Shown piece by piece: positions 28,284 through 38,411 of a DNA stretch of 64,000 nucleotides. Position 1 is the stretch's first letter, and each line of letters opens with the position of its first letter. The notes under the pieces were generated by a model, which saw only the letters and a list, made by a program, of their open reading frames with translations, ran no database searches and had not been told where the DNA came from. Origin of the DNA: Sphingomonadales bacterium (GTDB lineage: Bacteria; Bacteroidota; Bacteroidia; UBA7662); assembly GCA_016872215.1 (NCBI GenBank), contig VHAX01000003.1:8820-72819 (forward strand). The letters run 5' to 3'. Made by a program: the position numbers and the translations under genes.

Positions 28284-29579
28284 CTACTTCGATTCAGATT
28301 GCCGATCCTCTGAGTCGTGTGTGTTTTCAGACTTGGCGGTTGCTGAGATGAATCCCAATAGGGGCACATAAAGGGCTAACATTACGGCTCCTCTTTGTCT
28401 TAGCAAAGTGCTTTCCGTACCGGAGCAAAGCAGAAAGAAAATCACAAACCAAAGTACCCGCCTGTTTCCTGATGATATGTACGGGTAGGAAAGTGCTAGG
28501 ATCGACAAGATCAAAAGCACAGAACCGACCCAGCCCAAATCGAGTGCTGTTTGCAGATACTGATTGTGGGCATTGAATTTATATAAAAGGCCTACTTTAA
28601 ATCCCAATCGTTCATAGGATTCCATAAGGGCGTTATGCCCCAATCCAGGTCCGTGTCCCAATACGGGGTGATTTCCTATGGCATGTATTGCGCCCCCCCA
28701 CTCTGCCAGACGTATGGTAATTCCTGAAAAATCGCTTAAGCTGTCGGCCCCGATTTGGTACTCATGGCGCGACAATTCCCGGATTCGGTTGTCGAGTGGC
28801 TTGGGCAAGAAACCAAGCGCAAATACGAGTATCAGAAACAAAATAAAAAGAGCTGCTGTGATGCTGCTTTTTCGATTCAACTTCAACCAAAACAGCCCGG
28901 CTAATGGCCAGGTCAAAAGCAATGCACCCATAATCATACGGGATGAGAGCATCATAAAAAATGTCAATAGGAAAACCTGACCTACAAAGAAACGCCATCC
29001 CGATAGCCAGGCGGGACGAGGAACGGTGGGGGCAACCATGATAACCACGGCCACAATCATCGAAAGATAACCTGGGTGCATCAGGGGGTCCGATAGTCCG
29101 ATGTAGAACAGGGGATGGTCTGAAAAGCCCTCAATGGGGGTGTCGCGAAGTGACCATTCAATGACACCCTGCAGGCTCAGGGCTAAAGCGGTCAGCAGTA
29201 CGAGCATCCACAATACGTGTACCAGCTTGTTAACGGCTCCGATCAGGTTTTGCGGAACCCAAAAGAGGAGTAGGGGGATCACCAACCATTGAAGGTGCAT
29301 CACTAGGATGCGCCCCCCTTCTGCGCCCCATCCGGTGGCCGACCAACGCCAAAAATACCAAACAAAGTAGGGGATGACTAGTACATTTGACTTGGGAATC
29401 CGGGTTAGTATTTCGTTTAAGTTGCCTTGGTAGATGCGCCAAATGACCCAGGCGATTAATAAATAGCCCACCATAAATTCGGGGAGCAAGGGAAGGGCCA
29501 TTAGGCATCCCAATAAGAAAAGACCCAATCGGTCTGGGGATTCCGTTGCCGGTACATCAACGACCGATGAAGTTTTCAA
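28284..29579 (-). CDS. Second O-antigen ligase family membrane protein
   Basis: Many TM segments, LSSRM, IRLAEW...HPVLGHGPG and FNAHNQYLQTALDLG. Confidence 0.85.
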   Translation of the reverse strand: MKTSSVVDVPATESPDRLGLFLLGCLMALPLLPEFMVGYLLIAWVIWRIYQGNLNEILTRIPKSNVLVIPYFVWYFWRWSATGWGAEGGRILVMHLQWLVIPLLLFWVPQNLIGAVNKLVHVLWMLVLLTALALSLQGVIEWSLRDTPIEGFSDHPLFYIGLSDPLMHPGYLSMIVAVVIMVAPTVPRPAWLSGWRFFVGQVFLLTFFMMLSSRMIMGALLLTWPLAGLFWLKLNRKSSITAALFILFLILVFALGFLPKPLDNRIRELSRHEYQIGADSLSDFSGITIRLAEWGGAIHAIGNHPVLGHGPGLGHNALMESYERLGFKVGLLYKFNAHNQYLQTALDLGWVGSVLLILSILALSYPYISSGNRRVLWFVIFFLLCSGTESTLLRQRGAVMLALYVPLLGFISATAKSENTHDSEDRQSESK

Positions 29580-31585
29580 GCGTTCAAACGGTTTAGGTAG
29601 TCCCCTATCCGCTCGGTTACTTGTTCAGGTAAGAGCCCGAAATGCGATGCCAAGGCCTCAGCGGGGGCGGAGTGACCAAAACTGTCCACCCCTATATTTA
29701 GGCCGTCCATCCCCGTAAACCGCTGCCAACCCAATGTACTTCCCGCTTCGATCGAAACCCGTGCCCGCACCCCTGTTTGAAGGATCTGGTTTCGGTAGTG
29801 CTCATTCTGTTCATCAAACCAAAGCCAACACACAACGGACACCACCAAAGCACGAATATTTTTCATTTGACTCACCCGGTGTGCAGCTTCTCGTGCCACC
29901 CACAGCTCGGAACCGCTGGCATAGATCATCAGGTCGATAGGTCTGTTGGTCGCCCCGGAATCGGTATCGTAACAAACATAAGCACCACGCTCCACGTCAA
30001 CCGGACCTTCCAATACAGGCACCGCTTGCCGAGTGAGTGCCAAAAGCATGGGCCTGTTTCCACCGCGGCCCCACACCCGCATACATGCGAGGGTTTCGCG
30101 TTCGTCAGCCGGCCGGCACACCTGCAGCTGAGGAATCAGGCGCAGACTCATCAGATGCTCTACAGATTGGTGGGTCGGACCATCTTCACCCAGAAAAATG
30201 CTATCGTGGGTGAAAACATGCAGGCTCGGGAGCCCCATGAGTGCGCTCATGCGGATTGCATTGCGTGAGTAGTCACTGAAGGTGAGAAAAGTGGCACCAA
30301 ACGGCAAAAAACCACCATACAGGGCCATGCCGTTACCAATAGCAGTCATGGGAAATTCCCGAACGCCGAACGCAAGGTTTCGGCCACTTCGGTTCGATGC
30401 GCTGAATTCTTCTACCGCTCCAGCAAATGCCGCTGTGTTGTTTGATGGCTCCAAATCGGCCGATCCACCCATAATCGATTGCGATTGCCGGCCCATATAT
30501 TCCAAAGCCTTACCGAATGTAACCCTCGTGGCTATCTGGGTGCCCGGGGGTGAGAGGGGCACATCCAATTCAATCGGCTTTTGTGAGAAATACTGATCGT
30601 AAACCTCCCGAAATACATCGTTTTCCTGTTTTTTGATGGCAATCGCGTGATTCCATTCTTCCGCTGTGGCATTGAATGAATTCAGATGGGCCTGAAAATA
30701 ATCCACGATTTTCGATGGGATCTGGAAAAATTCATCTGGATCGAGGCCAAGCCGGGATTTGGTGGCGGATATCTCGTCGACCTTCAATGGTTCCCCGTGG
30801 GTCTTGTGGCTGCCCTCCATAGTGGCTGCGCCTTTGGCCATGATGGTCTGCCCGATGATGAGAAGGGGCTTGCCTGCGCTGAGGTTGCATGCGAAATCGA
30901 GCGCCTGGCGGATAGCCTTGTGATCATGCCCGTCGATTTCCATGACCTCCCATTGCATGGCGCGAAACAGCGCAGGAAAATCGACCGAACTCACACGTCC
31001 TGTATGTCCCGAAATCTGCTGGTCGTTTTTGTCGTAGTAGACCACCAGAGTGTGCAGTGCCCAATGGCCGGCTAATTGACAAGCCCCCAGGGCTACGTCT
31101 TCCTGTAGGTCGCCGTCGCCCACCAAACAAAATACCCGGTTGCTTCCAAATTCGCTTCCCAATACTGACTCCTGTTGCTGCTGCGCAACCGCCATACCCA
31201 CCGCCATTGCGATTCCTTGTCCGAGTGGCCCTGTTGTGGCTTCCACCCCAGGTGTGAGGTGTACTTCGGGGTGACCAGGGGTGCGGCTTCCGAATTGCCG
31301 GAATGCTTTCAACTCCTCCAATGGAAGCAACCCCATCAGGTGCAACAAGCTGTACAACAACATTGATTCGTGACCGGCTGATAAGACAAACCGATCCCGA
31401 TTGTGCCATTTGGGATGTTTTGGGGCAAATCTCAGGTACTCACTGAAAAGGATTGCAGCAAAATCGGCTGATGAAAATGCGCCCCCGGGGTGACCCGAAG
31501 AGGCCTTTCGGGTTGCATCCATCACCAATCCCTTGATCACTGCCACCAACTGCTGATCCCGTGCTTCGTTAAAGAGTTGCTTCAT
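29576..31585 (-). CDS. tkt: Transketolase
   Basis: SGHPG, RDRFVLSAGH, TPGHPE, TTGPLGQG, GDGDLQE...N, FGVREF and THDSIFLGEDGPTHQ. Confidence 0.97.
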   Translation of the reverse strand: MKQLFNEARDQQLVAVIKGLVMDATRKASSGHPGGAFSSADFAAILFSEYLRFAPKHPKWHNRDRFVLSAGHESMLLYSLLHLMGLLPLEELKAFRQFGSRTPGHPEVHLTPGVEATTGPLGQGIAMAVGMAVAQQQQESVLGSEFGSNRVFCLVGDGDLQEDVALGACQLAGHWALHTLVVYYDKNDQQISGHTGRVSSVDFPALFRAMQWEVMEIDGHDHKAIRQALDFACNLSAGKPLLIIGQTIMAKGAATMEGSHKTHGEPLKVDEISATKSRLGLDPDEFFQIPSKIVDYFQAHLNSFNATAEEWNHAIAIKKQENDVFREVYDQYFSQKPIELDVPLSPPGTQIATRVTFGKALEYMGRQSQSIMGGSADLEPSNNTAAFAGAVEEFSASNRSGRNLAFGVREFPMTAIGNGMALYGGFLPFGATFLTFSDYSRNAIRMSALMGLPSLHVFTHDSIFLGEDGPTHQSVEHLMSLRLIPQLQVCRPADERETLACMRVWGRGGNRPMLLALTRQAVPVLEGPVDVERGAYVCYDTDSGATNRPIDLMIYASGSELWVAREAAHRVSQMKNIRALVVSVVCWLWFDEQNEHYRNQILQTGVRARVSIEAGSTLGWQRFTGMDGLNIGVDSFGHSAPAEALASHFGLLPEQVTERIGDYLNRLNA

Positions 31586-31589
31586 CTAG

Positions 31590-31597
31590 CAAAAATA
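31590..31597 (-). promoter_or_regulatory. -7 element 4 nt upstream of the tkt ATG
   Basis: Minus strand reads TATTTTTG-CTAG-ATG. Confidence 0.6.
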
Positions 31598-31624
31598 ATG
31601 GCTCCGTGATTGGCGGGCGTCGTT

Positions 31625-31632
31625 TATTTTTG
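31625..31632 (+). promoter_or_regulatory. -7 element for the sugar dehydrogenase gene
   Basis: TATTTTTG, divergent from the tkt promoter. Confidence 0.55.
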
Positions 31633-31670
31633 CACATTACTTTCGTAGTCTTGTTAAAACGACAATTGTT

Positions 31671-33062
31671 ATGAATCGATTTTTTTTTATGCTTTGGGTT
31701 GCTTTATTAATCGATTCCCAGTCCCGATCCATACAAGCACAGATCACAATCGGAGGAACGCTGGTTGACACCTCCACAGTCATTTCTGGAATCGATATAC
31801 CATGGACAATCATATGGGGACCCGACAACCATATCTGGATGACGGAGCGCTTCGGTCGGGTGAGTCGGGTGAACCCACAAACCGGACAACAGCAGGTTCT
31901 GCTGACGCTCTCCGATTGCCAGGCCTCTGGCGAATCCGGACTGCTCGGAATGGCCCTGCACCCCTCGTTCGCCGATACTCCATGGGTATATCTGGTGTAT
32001 ACCTATCTTACTGGCAGTTCCATCCGCGAACGACTGGTGCGCTACAACTATAATGAAACGGCCGGACAACTCACAACTCCTGAAATCCTGCTCAATGATA
32101 TTCCCGGAAACACAACCCACAATGGAAGCCGACTGCTGTTTTTGCCGGACAGGAGCCTGCTGATGACCACTGGCGATGCACAGATTCAATCGGCTCCCCT
32201 CAGCACCCAACAACTGCCGGGAAAGGTGCTACGCATGCTCCCTGATGGAAGCGTACCTGCAGATAATCCGTTTCCGGGTAACCTCGTATATACCTTCGGG
32301 CATCGTAATGCACAGGGGATGTTTTTGCACCCCCTAAACGGCAAGGTTTATATTTCAGAACACGGCCCCACCACCGATGATGAGGTGAATGTTCTGGCCC
32401 CTGGGGGTAACTATGGCTGGCCAACGGTGGCAGGCTACTGCGATCAACCGACCGAAATTCAATACTGTGCGCAGAACAATGTGCGTGAACCGATTATAGC
32501 CTGGACGCCAACGATAGCACCCGCGGGAATGATGTGGTACAACCATAGCTCCTTACCTGTTTTTCGCAATAAAATTCTGCTCACTACCCTCAAGAATGCC
32601 CGGCTGTATGTTCTAAGTCTTCAGAATGACACGGGAGCAGTGGTGTCGGAGGTACAATACCTGACCAATTGGTATGGCCGCCTTCGGGATGTTTGCTCCG
32701 ATCCGGCTGGCAACCTCTATCTGGCCACGAACGGAAATTCGTGGAGCAACACCCAGCCGTTCACGCACCGAATCGTAAAAATTGCCCCACGTAACACCAC
32801 TTCCGTACCGACAGACCCTGATGCGACCCAAAAACTAAACATAAACCCTAATCCATTCACCAGCGAAACAAGGGTTGAGGTTCCGGCCGAGTGGATCGGT
32901 CGCACACTCGAGTGGATGGAGCCCACCGGCAGGATTGTAGCGACCCAATCTATCGAGCAAGAGATTTTCCATCCCAAGATGACGTCTATGGCCTCCGGTA
33001 TTTATTTTGTGCGTGTAAATAACACGAGAAGCATTATTAAAATACAGATTAACAACCGATAA
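31671..33062 (+). CDS. PQQ-dependent sugar dehydrogenase (GSDH beta-propeller) with T9SS CTD
   Basis: Signal peptide, GLLGMALHP, HNGSRL, GKVLRM.PDG..P.DNPF, FGHRNAQG, NYGWP and INPNPFTS...GIYFV CTD. Confidence 0.9.
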   Translation: MNRFFFMLWVALLIDSQSRSIQAQITIGGTLVDTSTVISGIDIPWTIIWGPDNHIWMTERFGRVSRVNPQTGQQQVLLTLSDCQASGESGLLGMALHPSFADTPWVYLVYTYLTGSSIRERLVRYNYNETAGQLTTPEILLNDIPGNTTHNGSRLLFLPDRSLLMTTGDAQIQSAPLSTQQLPGKVLRMLPDGSVPADNPFPGNLVYTFGHRNAQGMFLHPLNGKVYISEHGPTTDDEVNVLAPGGNYGWPTVAGYCDQPTEIQYCAQNNVREPIIAWTPTIAPAGMMWYNHSSLPVFRNKILLTTLKNARLYVLSLQNDTGAVVSEVQYLTNWYGRLRDVCSDPAGNLYLATNGNSWSNTQPFTHRIVKIAPRNTTSVPTDPDATQKLNINPNPFTSETRVEVPAEWIGRTLEWMEPTGRIVATQSIEQEIFHPKMTSMASGIYFVRVNNTRSIIKIQINNR

Positions 33063-33091
33063 CAGTTCTGTTGAAGTCTGTGCCTTTCGGA

Positions 33092-34159
33092 TCAAACCCC
33101 GGATTTCATTTTCTCAGTATTCTCCGCCAACTCAAGGGCGTCGATCATTTCCTGTATGTCACCATTGAGGAAAGTGTCGAGTGAATAGAGGGTCATCCCA
33201 ATGCGGTGGTCGGTAACCCGGCTCTGGGGATAGTTGTAGGTTCTGATTTTGGCCGAACGGTCGCCACTGCTCACCAAACTCAGTCGCTTGCTTTGGTCGG
33301 CTTTCTGTCTGTGGTTGAATTCCAGTTCGTAGAGCCTATTTCTTAACATTTCCATAGCCCGTTCGCGGTTGGCCAGCTGCGATCTCTCAACTTGGCAGGT
33401 CACCACGATTCCGGTGGGTTTATGGGTCAGCTGCACTTTCGTTTCCACCTTATTCACGTTTTGTCCGCCAGCACCCCCCGACCGGCTGGTTTGCAGTTCC
33501 ACATCGGCGGGGTTCACCTCCACGTCGAAGGATGCCGCCTCTGGCATCACCATCACCGTTGCTGCTGAAGTATGGATGCGTCCCTGTGCCTCCGTATCCG
33601 GTACCCGTTGCACCCTGTGTACTCCCGATTCATATTTCAGGGTTCCATAGGCTTGTGATCCGAGCACTTTAAAAACGATCTCCTTGAATCCCCCAACTGT
33701 GCCCTCATTTATATCCAGTACCTGAATTTGCCAGCCCTGCTTTTCACAGAAGCGGGTGTACATACGCGCCAGATCGCCGGCAAATAGGGCCGCCTCATCG
33801 CCCCCCGTACCTGCCCTGATTTCCAATTGAGCGTTGCGGTCATCTTCCGGATCGCGCGGCACCAATAGTAGGCGCAGTTCTAATTCTTGTTGCGGAAGCC
33901 GCTCCTCTAGCTCGGCCAGTTCCTGACGCGCCAGTTCCTGAAACTCTGGGTCACTTTCTTCGGCCAGAATCTTGCGGCTGTTGTCGATGTTCGACTGCAG
34001 GTTTTCGTAGGCCTCAAAGGCCTGAACCATTTTCTCCAGTTCGCGGTAGGTGCGGTTGAGTTCGGTGTAGCGCAACATATCCGCAAAGACCGCCGGATCT
34101 TGCAGCTGGAGACCAGTTTCGATAAAGCGTGCACGTATGGCAGGGTATTGATCGAGCAT
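33092..34159 (-). CDS. prfA: Peptide chain release factor 1
   Basis: [35 protein letters not shown] and [15 protein letters not shown]. Confidence 0.97.
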   Translation of the reverse strand: MLDQYPAIRARFIETGLQLQDPAVFADMLRYTELNRTYRELEKMVQAFEAYENLQSNIDNSRKILAEESDPEFQELARQELAELEERLPQQELELRLLLVPRDPEDDRNAQLEIRAGTGGDEAALFAGDLARMYTRFCEKQGWQIQVLDINEGTVGGFKEIVFKVLGSQAYGTLKYESGVHRVQRVPDTEAQGRIHTSAATVMVMPEAASFDVEVNPADVELQTSRSGGAGGQNVNKVETKVQLTHKPTGIVVTCQVERSQLANRERAMEMLRNRLYELEFNHRQKADQSKRLSLVSSGDRSAKIRTYNYPQSRVTDHRIGMTLYSLDTFLNGDIQEMIDALELAENTEKMKSGV

Positions 34160-34163
34160 CGCG

Positions 34164-34171
34164 CAAAAATA
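34164..34171 (-). promoter_or_regulatory. -7 element 4 nt upstream of the prfA ATG
   Basis: Minus strand reads TATTTTTG-CGCG-ATG. Confidence 0.6.
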
Positions 34172-34305
34172 CTAGGTTCGGGATCTGATCGGTACGGAGC
34201 CCTACGATTGAGAATGGGGTGTGAAAAAGTAATATAGTTCCGTGTCGAATGAAAGGAGGATTCGGATGTGTTGAAAGGAAAGGGAACTGCAGACTTTACC
34301 AGAAT

Positions 34306-35085
34306 TCAGCGTCCGCGTCCGAATCCCGCCAGGGTATGGTCAGGGAACCGCAACAATTCTAAACGCTTTCCGTCGAACTCTGCGTAGGTATGAAACTGCA
34401 GCCAATCGCCGAGATTCACATATAGGCTGTTTTCACCCACGGGAGTGTGGATGGGAAGGTGACGGTGTCCAAATACGAAGTAATCGTAGTACTCTTTTTC
34501 CAATTTCCGGAGGCAGTACTGGTACAGCCATTCGTCAGCCTTTTGGAACGACTCGTCGGACGGTGCCGCAACCCGACTCCGATAGCTCCAACTTCGAGCG
34601 AGGCTGTGGCCGAGGTCGGGGTGCAACCAGGAAAACAAGCGCTGATTGAGCGGAAGATGGAAGATTTTCTTGAGACTCTTGTAACCCTTGTCACCCGGAC
34701 CCTTGCCGTCACCATGTGCGATATAAAATTTTTTTTCATTTTCACCCAATACGGGCGCCCATTCGCCATGGTGCACCTCCAGCCCGATCTCGTCGCAGAG
34801 GTAGCCGAAGGTCCACAAATCATGGTTTCCTTTAAAAAAATGAATGGGAATGCCCGAATCTGTCATTTTGGCCAGAGTTCCGAGCAAGCGCGTGTAATAT
34901 TTCGGCACCACATGCCGGTATTCAAACCAAAAATCGAAAACATCACCCACCAGACAGATTGTTTCGGCACGCGGGGCAATCTCCTCCAGAAACCCAACAA
35001 TCAGGCGTTCCCGGGCGCGACTTTCATTTGCGTTGGGGATTCCGAGGTGGAAATCACTCAAAAAGAAAACAGAACCCCCGCTCAT
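34306..35085 (-). CDS. lpxH: UDP-2,3-diacylglucosamine hydrolase (LpxH-like metallophosphoesterase)
   Basis: SDFHLG, VGDVFDFW, GNHD, AHGDG, FGHRH and NLGDW. Confidence 0.88.
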   Translation of the reverse strand: MSGGSVFFLSDFHLGIPNANESRARERLIVGFLEEIAPRAETICLVGDVFDFWFEYRHVVPKYYTRLLGTLAKMTDSGIPIHFFKGNHDLWTFGYLCDEIGLEVHHGEWAPVLGENEKKFYIAHGDGKGPGDKGYKSLKKIFHLPLNQRLFSWLHPDLGHSLARSWSYRSRVAAPSDESFQKADEWLYQYCLRKLEKEYYDYFVFGHRHLPIHTPVGENSLYVNLGDWLQFHTYAEFDGKRLELLRFPDHTLAGFGRGR

Positions 35086-35092
35086 GGACGCG

Positions 35093-35764
35093 CTATAACT
35101 CGATCAGGCAAACAAACAACTCGCGGTTTCGATATTCACCGGATGGGCTCGAAGATGCCGCTTGGGTTGGTGACAGAGTCTCACCAATCCCGTTTGGGTC
35201 ACCTAATTTGAGTAAAACACCTATGGCAGGCATCTTTGCCCCATGCGTTTCCACCCAAAGCTGCAAAGCCTGACCGAGGCGGGTGGTGAGTTGATGCGTG
35301 AAGCCTACCACCACTAGGGTAGCCGCACCAGCATAATCAGCCAACGGGTTGGGTCCACCTGGCGCCACCAAAACCGCTCCCTCTTCGGCTATGAGAAATT
35401 CCGACGACAATAATCGAAAGTGGGGTTGAATAGGGGTAAAAACAGGCTGGGAAAAGCCAATCCCCAAGCCATCCAGCAGGCGGCACAACGACTCCTCATA
35501 ACAAACCAATGGCCATTCGGGATGTAGGGCCGTGAGTTCGATCAAGGTGTCGCGTAACTCCATAGTGTCACCGCAATAGGCGAACTGGCCACCCGATTGC
35601 ACTACCTTACGGGCAAATACAACGGCTGTATCTTCCTGCTCGGAATGGGAAGTCCCCTGTTCGGCGGGCCCTCGCAGGCTTGAGGCCGAAACGCGGTGAA
35701 TCAGCCCCTTCCGGATGTGTTTCAAAACCCGCTCGCGGGCCGTAACCTCACGTAAGCCGGTCAT
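35093..35764 (-). CDS. LUD domain (LutC/YkgG-like) protein
   Basis: ARERVLKHIRKGL N-terminus, FARKVVQSGGQF and EFLIAEEGAVLV, in the usual ftsH-LUD-lpxH order. Confidence 0.65.
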   Translation of the reverse strand: MTGLREVTARERVLKHIRKGLIHRVSASSLRGPAEQGTSHSEQEDTAVVFARKVVQSGGQFAYCGDTMELRDTLIELTALHPEWPLVCYEESLCRLLDGLGIGFSQPVFTPIQPHFRLLSSEFLIAEEGAVLVAPGGPNPLADYAGAATLVVVGFTHQLTTRLGQALQLWVETHGAKMPAIGVLLKLGDPNGIGETLSPTQAASSSPSGEYRNRELFVCLIEL

Positions 35765-35766
35765 TT

Positions 35767-37938
35767 TTACAAGGTTGATGGGGGATTAGGGTCCGCGGTG
35801 ACCGACTCGGTATTATCTCGTCCCCCTATGCCTGAAGTTGATATTCTGGACTCCTCAACAGATTGTTGATCGCCAGAGGGTAAATCGGCGTGCTGATTCA
35901 CAGCGGATGACTCCTTCTGTGGATCGGTATTTACCTCCGCAGCAGGTGCAGAAGCAGTTTCCGTCACAGGGAAACTCGCCACCTGAGGGATTTCCTCCGA
36001 CAAATGGGTGTCTGGGGTCGGACGAGGGCCAACCAGGCGAATCAGGTCGGCCTGGTAGATGACCTCATGCACGAGTAATTCCTGAGCGATTTTCTCCAAT
36101 TCTTCGCGTCTCTCCACAATCAAATCGCGCGTTTTGTCATGTGCTTTTTCAATCAACAGGCGCACCTCCTCATCAATCATACGAGCGGTATCCTCCGAAT
36201 AAGGCTTTCTAAACTGGTATTCGCCGGTGGGATCGTGAAAACTCACCGGGCCAACCTTGGGGTTCATGCCGTAGAGGGTCACCATTCCATAGGCCATACG
36301 GGTAACCCGTTCCAGATCATTCTGTGCACCGGTTGATATACGGCCAAAAATTACCTCTTCGGCCACCCGCCCCCCCAGCGTCATGCACATAGAGTCGAGC
36401 AGTTGTTCGGTGGTATACAGGTATTGCTCTTTAGGAAGGTATTGCGCGTAGCCCAGAGCCGCGATGCCGCGGGGCACAATCGATACCTTCACCAAAGGAT
36501 CGGTGCTGTCGAGGAACCATCCGACAACAGCGTGACCGGCCTCATGGTAGGCCACGATTCGTTTTTCTTCCGGGGAAATGATCTTATTCTTTTTTTCGAG
36601 TCCACCAATCACCCGATCCACCGCCTCCTGGAAATCGCTGAGTTCTACCTGCTTTTTTGATTTTCGGGCGGCGATGAGAGCGGCTTCGTTACAAACATTG
36701 GCGATTTCGGCGCCGGCAAAACCTGGTGTTTGTCCAGCCAAAACCCGTGCATCAACATCGGTTGCCAATTTGAGGGGCTTCAGATGAACATTGAAGATCT
36801 CCTCCCGGCCCTTAATGTCGGGGCGGTCAATGGTGATCTGGCGATCAAACCGACCTGGGCGAAGCAGAGCAGCGTCCAATACATCCGGCCGGTTCGTGGC
36901 GGCCATCATGATGATCCCGATTTCCGATGAGAAGCCGTCCATTTCCACCAGGAGTTGGTTGAGCGTACTTTCCCGCTCGTCGTTGCCCCCCATGATCTGG
37001 TTTTTGCCTCGGGAACGGCCAACCGCATCGATTTCATCGATGAAAATAATGCAAGGAGCCTTTTCACGCGCCTGCTTGAATAAGTCACGCACGCGGCTGG
37101 CACCCACACCCACGAACATCTCTACAAAATCGGAGCCACTCAGGGTAAAGAATGGCACTTGGGCCTCACCAGCCACAGCCTTGGCTAAAAGGGTTTTGCC
37201 CGTGCCGGGAGGGCCCACCAGAAGCACACCTTTGGGAATTTTTCCGCCGAGACTTGTGTATTTTTTTGGGCTTTTCAAAAAATCGACCACTTCCATGACC
37301 TCCAGCTTGGCTTCATCAAGGCCTGCCACATCGTTGAAGGTGGTGTTCTCCCGGGCATTTTTATCGAACAGCGTGGCGCGTGACTTCCCGATATTAAATA
37401 GTTGTCCACCCGCCCCCCCGGCTCCACCCGCAAATCGGCGCATCAGCAGCATCATAAAACCGAGCAACAGCAACATGGGAAGTAAAAAGACAAGAATGTC
37501 GGAAAACCAACTGTGCCGACTTTCCCAACGGATCTCCATTTTTTTGTCATCTGGCAGATTTTTCTGGCATTGATCCAACCGCGATTCCATCACTTCCGCC
37601 GATGCTTCGGTAATCTCCAATGTGGCATATCTCGTACTGAGAGGCGCTTTTTTTACTCCCTTATAACGCTCTTTTTTGAGACTTTCGGTGCGAAGGGTAA
37701 CCTCAAGAACGATAATTTCTTTTTGATGGAATGCCGTCAATTTTTTCACATCCCCTTCGCGGAGGGCGGTTTCTAGGGCACTCCATTGAAAGGGTTGGGA
37801 ATCTGAGGAATTGCCCATAATCTGCATACCCACAAAAAGCAAAGCGACGATGCCATAAATCCAGTAGAAATTGAATTTGGGCTGCTTATCTGTGGCGGTT
37901 TTGGTTTCCTTTTTATTGTTCTTATTCGTTGGGGCCAT
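35767..37938 (-). CDS. ftsH: ATP-dependent zinc metalloprotease FtsH
   Basis: Two TM helices, [37 protein letters not shown] and HEAGH. Confidence 0.98.
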   Translation of the reverse strand: MAPTNKNNKKETKTATDKQPKFNFYWIYGIVALLFVGMQIMGNSSDSQPFQWSALETALREGDVKKLTAFHQKEIIVLEVTLRTESLKKERYKGVKKAPLSTRYATLEITEASAEVMESRLDQCQKNLPDDKKMEIRWESRHSWFSDILVFLLPMLLLLGFMMLLMRRFAGGAGGAGGQLFNIGKSRATLFDKNARENTTFNDVAGLDEAKLEVMEVVDFLKSPKKYTSLGGKIPKGVLLVGPPGTGKTLLAKAVAGEAQVPFFTLSGSDFVEMFVGVGASRVRDLFKQAREKAPCIIFIDEIDAVGRSRGKNQIMGGNDERESTLNQLLVEMDGFSSEIGIIMMAATNRPDVLDAALLRPGRFDRQITIDRPDIKGREEIFNVHLKPLKLATDVDARVLAGQTPGFAGAEIANVCNEAALIAARKSKKQVELSDFQEAVDRVIGGLEKKNKIISPEEKRIVAYHEAGHAVVGWFLDSTDPLVKVSIVPRGIAALGYAQYLPKEQYLYTTEQLLDSMCMTLGGRVAEEVIFGRISTGAQNDLERVTRMAYGMVTLYGMNPKVGPVSFHDPTGEYQFRKPYSEDTARMIDEEVRLLIEKAHDKTRDLIVERREELEKIAQELLVHEVIYQADLIRLVGPRPTPDTHLSEEIPQVASFPVTETASAPAAEVNTDPQKESSAVNQHADLPSGDQQSVEESRISTSGIGGRDNTESVTADPNPPSTL

Positions 37939-38020
37939 ACAGGGCGGATTGGTTCAGATGGGTTTAATTATTGGCAAACGTTTGCCGATAAAAATTAGTT
38001 TGAATGTGTCGCTACAATCA

Positions 38021-38383
38021 TCAGGCATGTTCGGTGCGTACAGCGTCGTTCCACAGGTCTTCTAGATCGTAAAAGCGGCGGCATTCCAATTGAAACACAT
38101 GAACCACTACTTCTCCAAAATCAATCAGTATCCATTGTCCGTGTTCCTTCCCCTCAACGCCTAATGGACGAACCTGTAGGATCTCCCAGACCCGTTCGGC
38201 CACAGAATCGGCTATGGCCCGCACCTGTACGCCCGATTCAGCTTCCGCGATGAGAAAAATGTCGGCCGGCCGGTCAGTTATGTTACGTAAATCGAGTTGC
38301 ATGACTCCGCGTCCCTTTTTTTCCAGGATTCCTTCCAACACCACGCTGGCCAAAGCGGATTCCTGCAGCTGTTTTTTACCCAC
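38021..38383 (-). CDS. rsfS: Ribosome silencing factor RsfS (Iojap)
   Basis: ILEKKG, DIFLIAEA, QVRAIAD, WILIDFGEVVVHVF and FYDLEDLW. GTG start at 38383 inferred. Confidence 0.93.
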   Translation of the reverse strand: MGKKQLQESALASVVLEGILEKKGRGVMQLDLRNITDRPADIFLIAEAESGVQVRAIADSVAERVWEILQVRPLGVEGKEHGQWILIDFGEVVVHVFQLECRRFYDLEDLWNDAVRTEHA

Positions 38384-38392
38384 TATTTTGTT

Positions 38393-38410
38393 TAATTTTG
38401 TGCAAAAATA
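38393..38410. promoter_or_regulatory. Two inverted -7 elements forming an overlapping bidirectional promoter (rsfS/birA)
   Basis: TAATTTTG on + (38393-38400) and TATTTTTG on - (38403-38410), separated by 2 bp. Confidence 0.55.
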
Positions 38411-38411
38411 G

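Noticed and set aside
34236-34288. Weak hairpin with AAAGGAGG (SD-like) in its loop between prfA and lpxH
   Set aside because: It lies antisense to both flanking genes, no plus-strand ORF follows, pairing is short, and Bacteroidota rarely use SD sites.
35767-36010. Long acidic disordered C-terminal tail of FtsH
   Set aside because: Variable low-complexity tails are common on FtsH, and there is no repeat or motif.
36791-37573. Long antisense or alternate-frame ORFs (e.g. 260 aa opposite ftsH; 34447-35211; 61289-61945 and many others in the track)
   Set aside because: These are shadow ORFs of well-supported genes in about 50% GC DNA and have no protein motifs.
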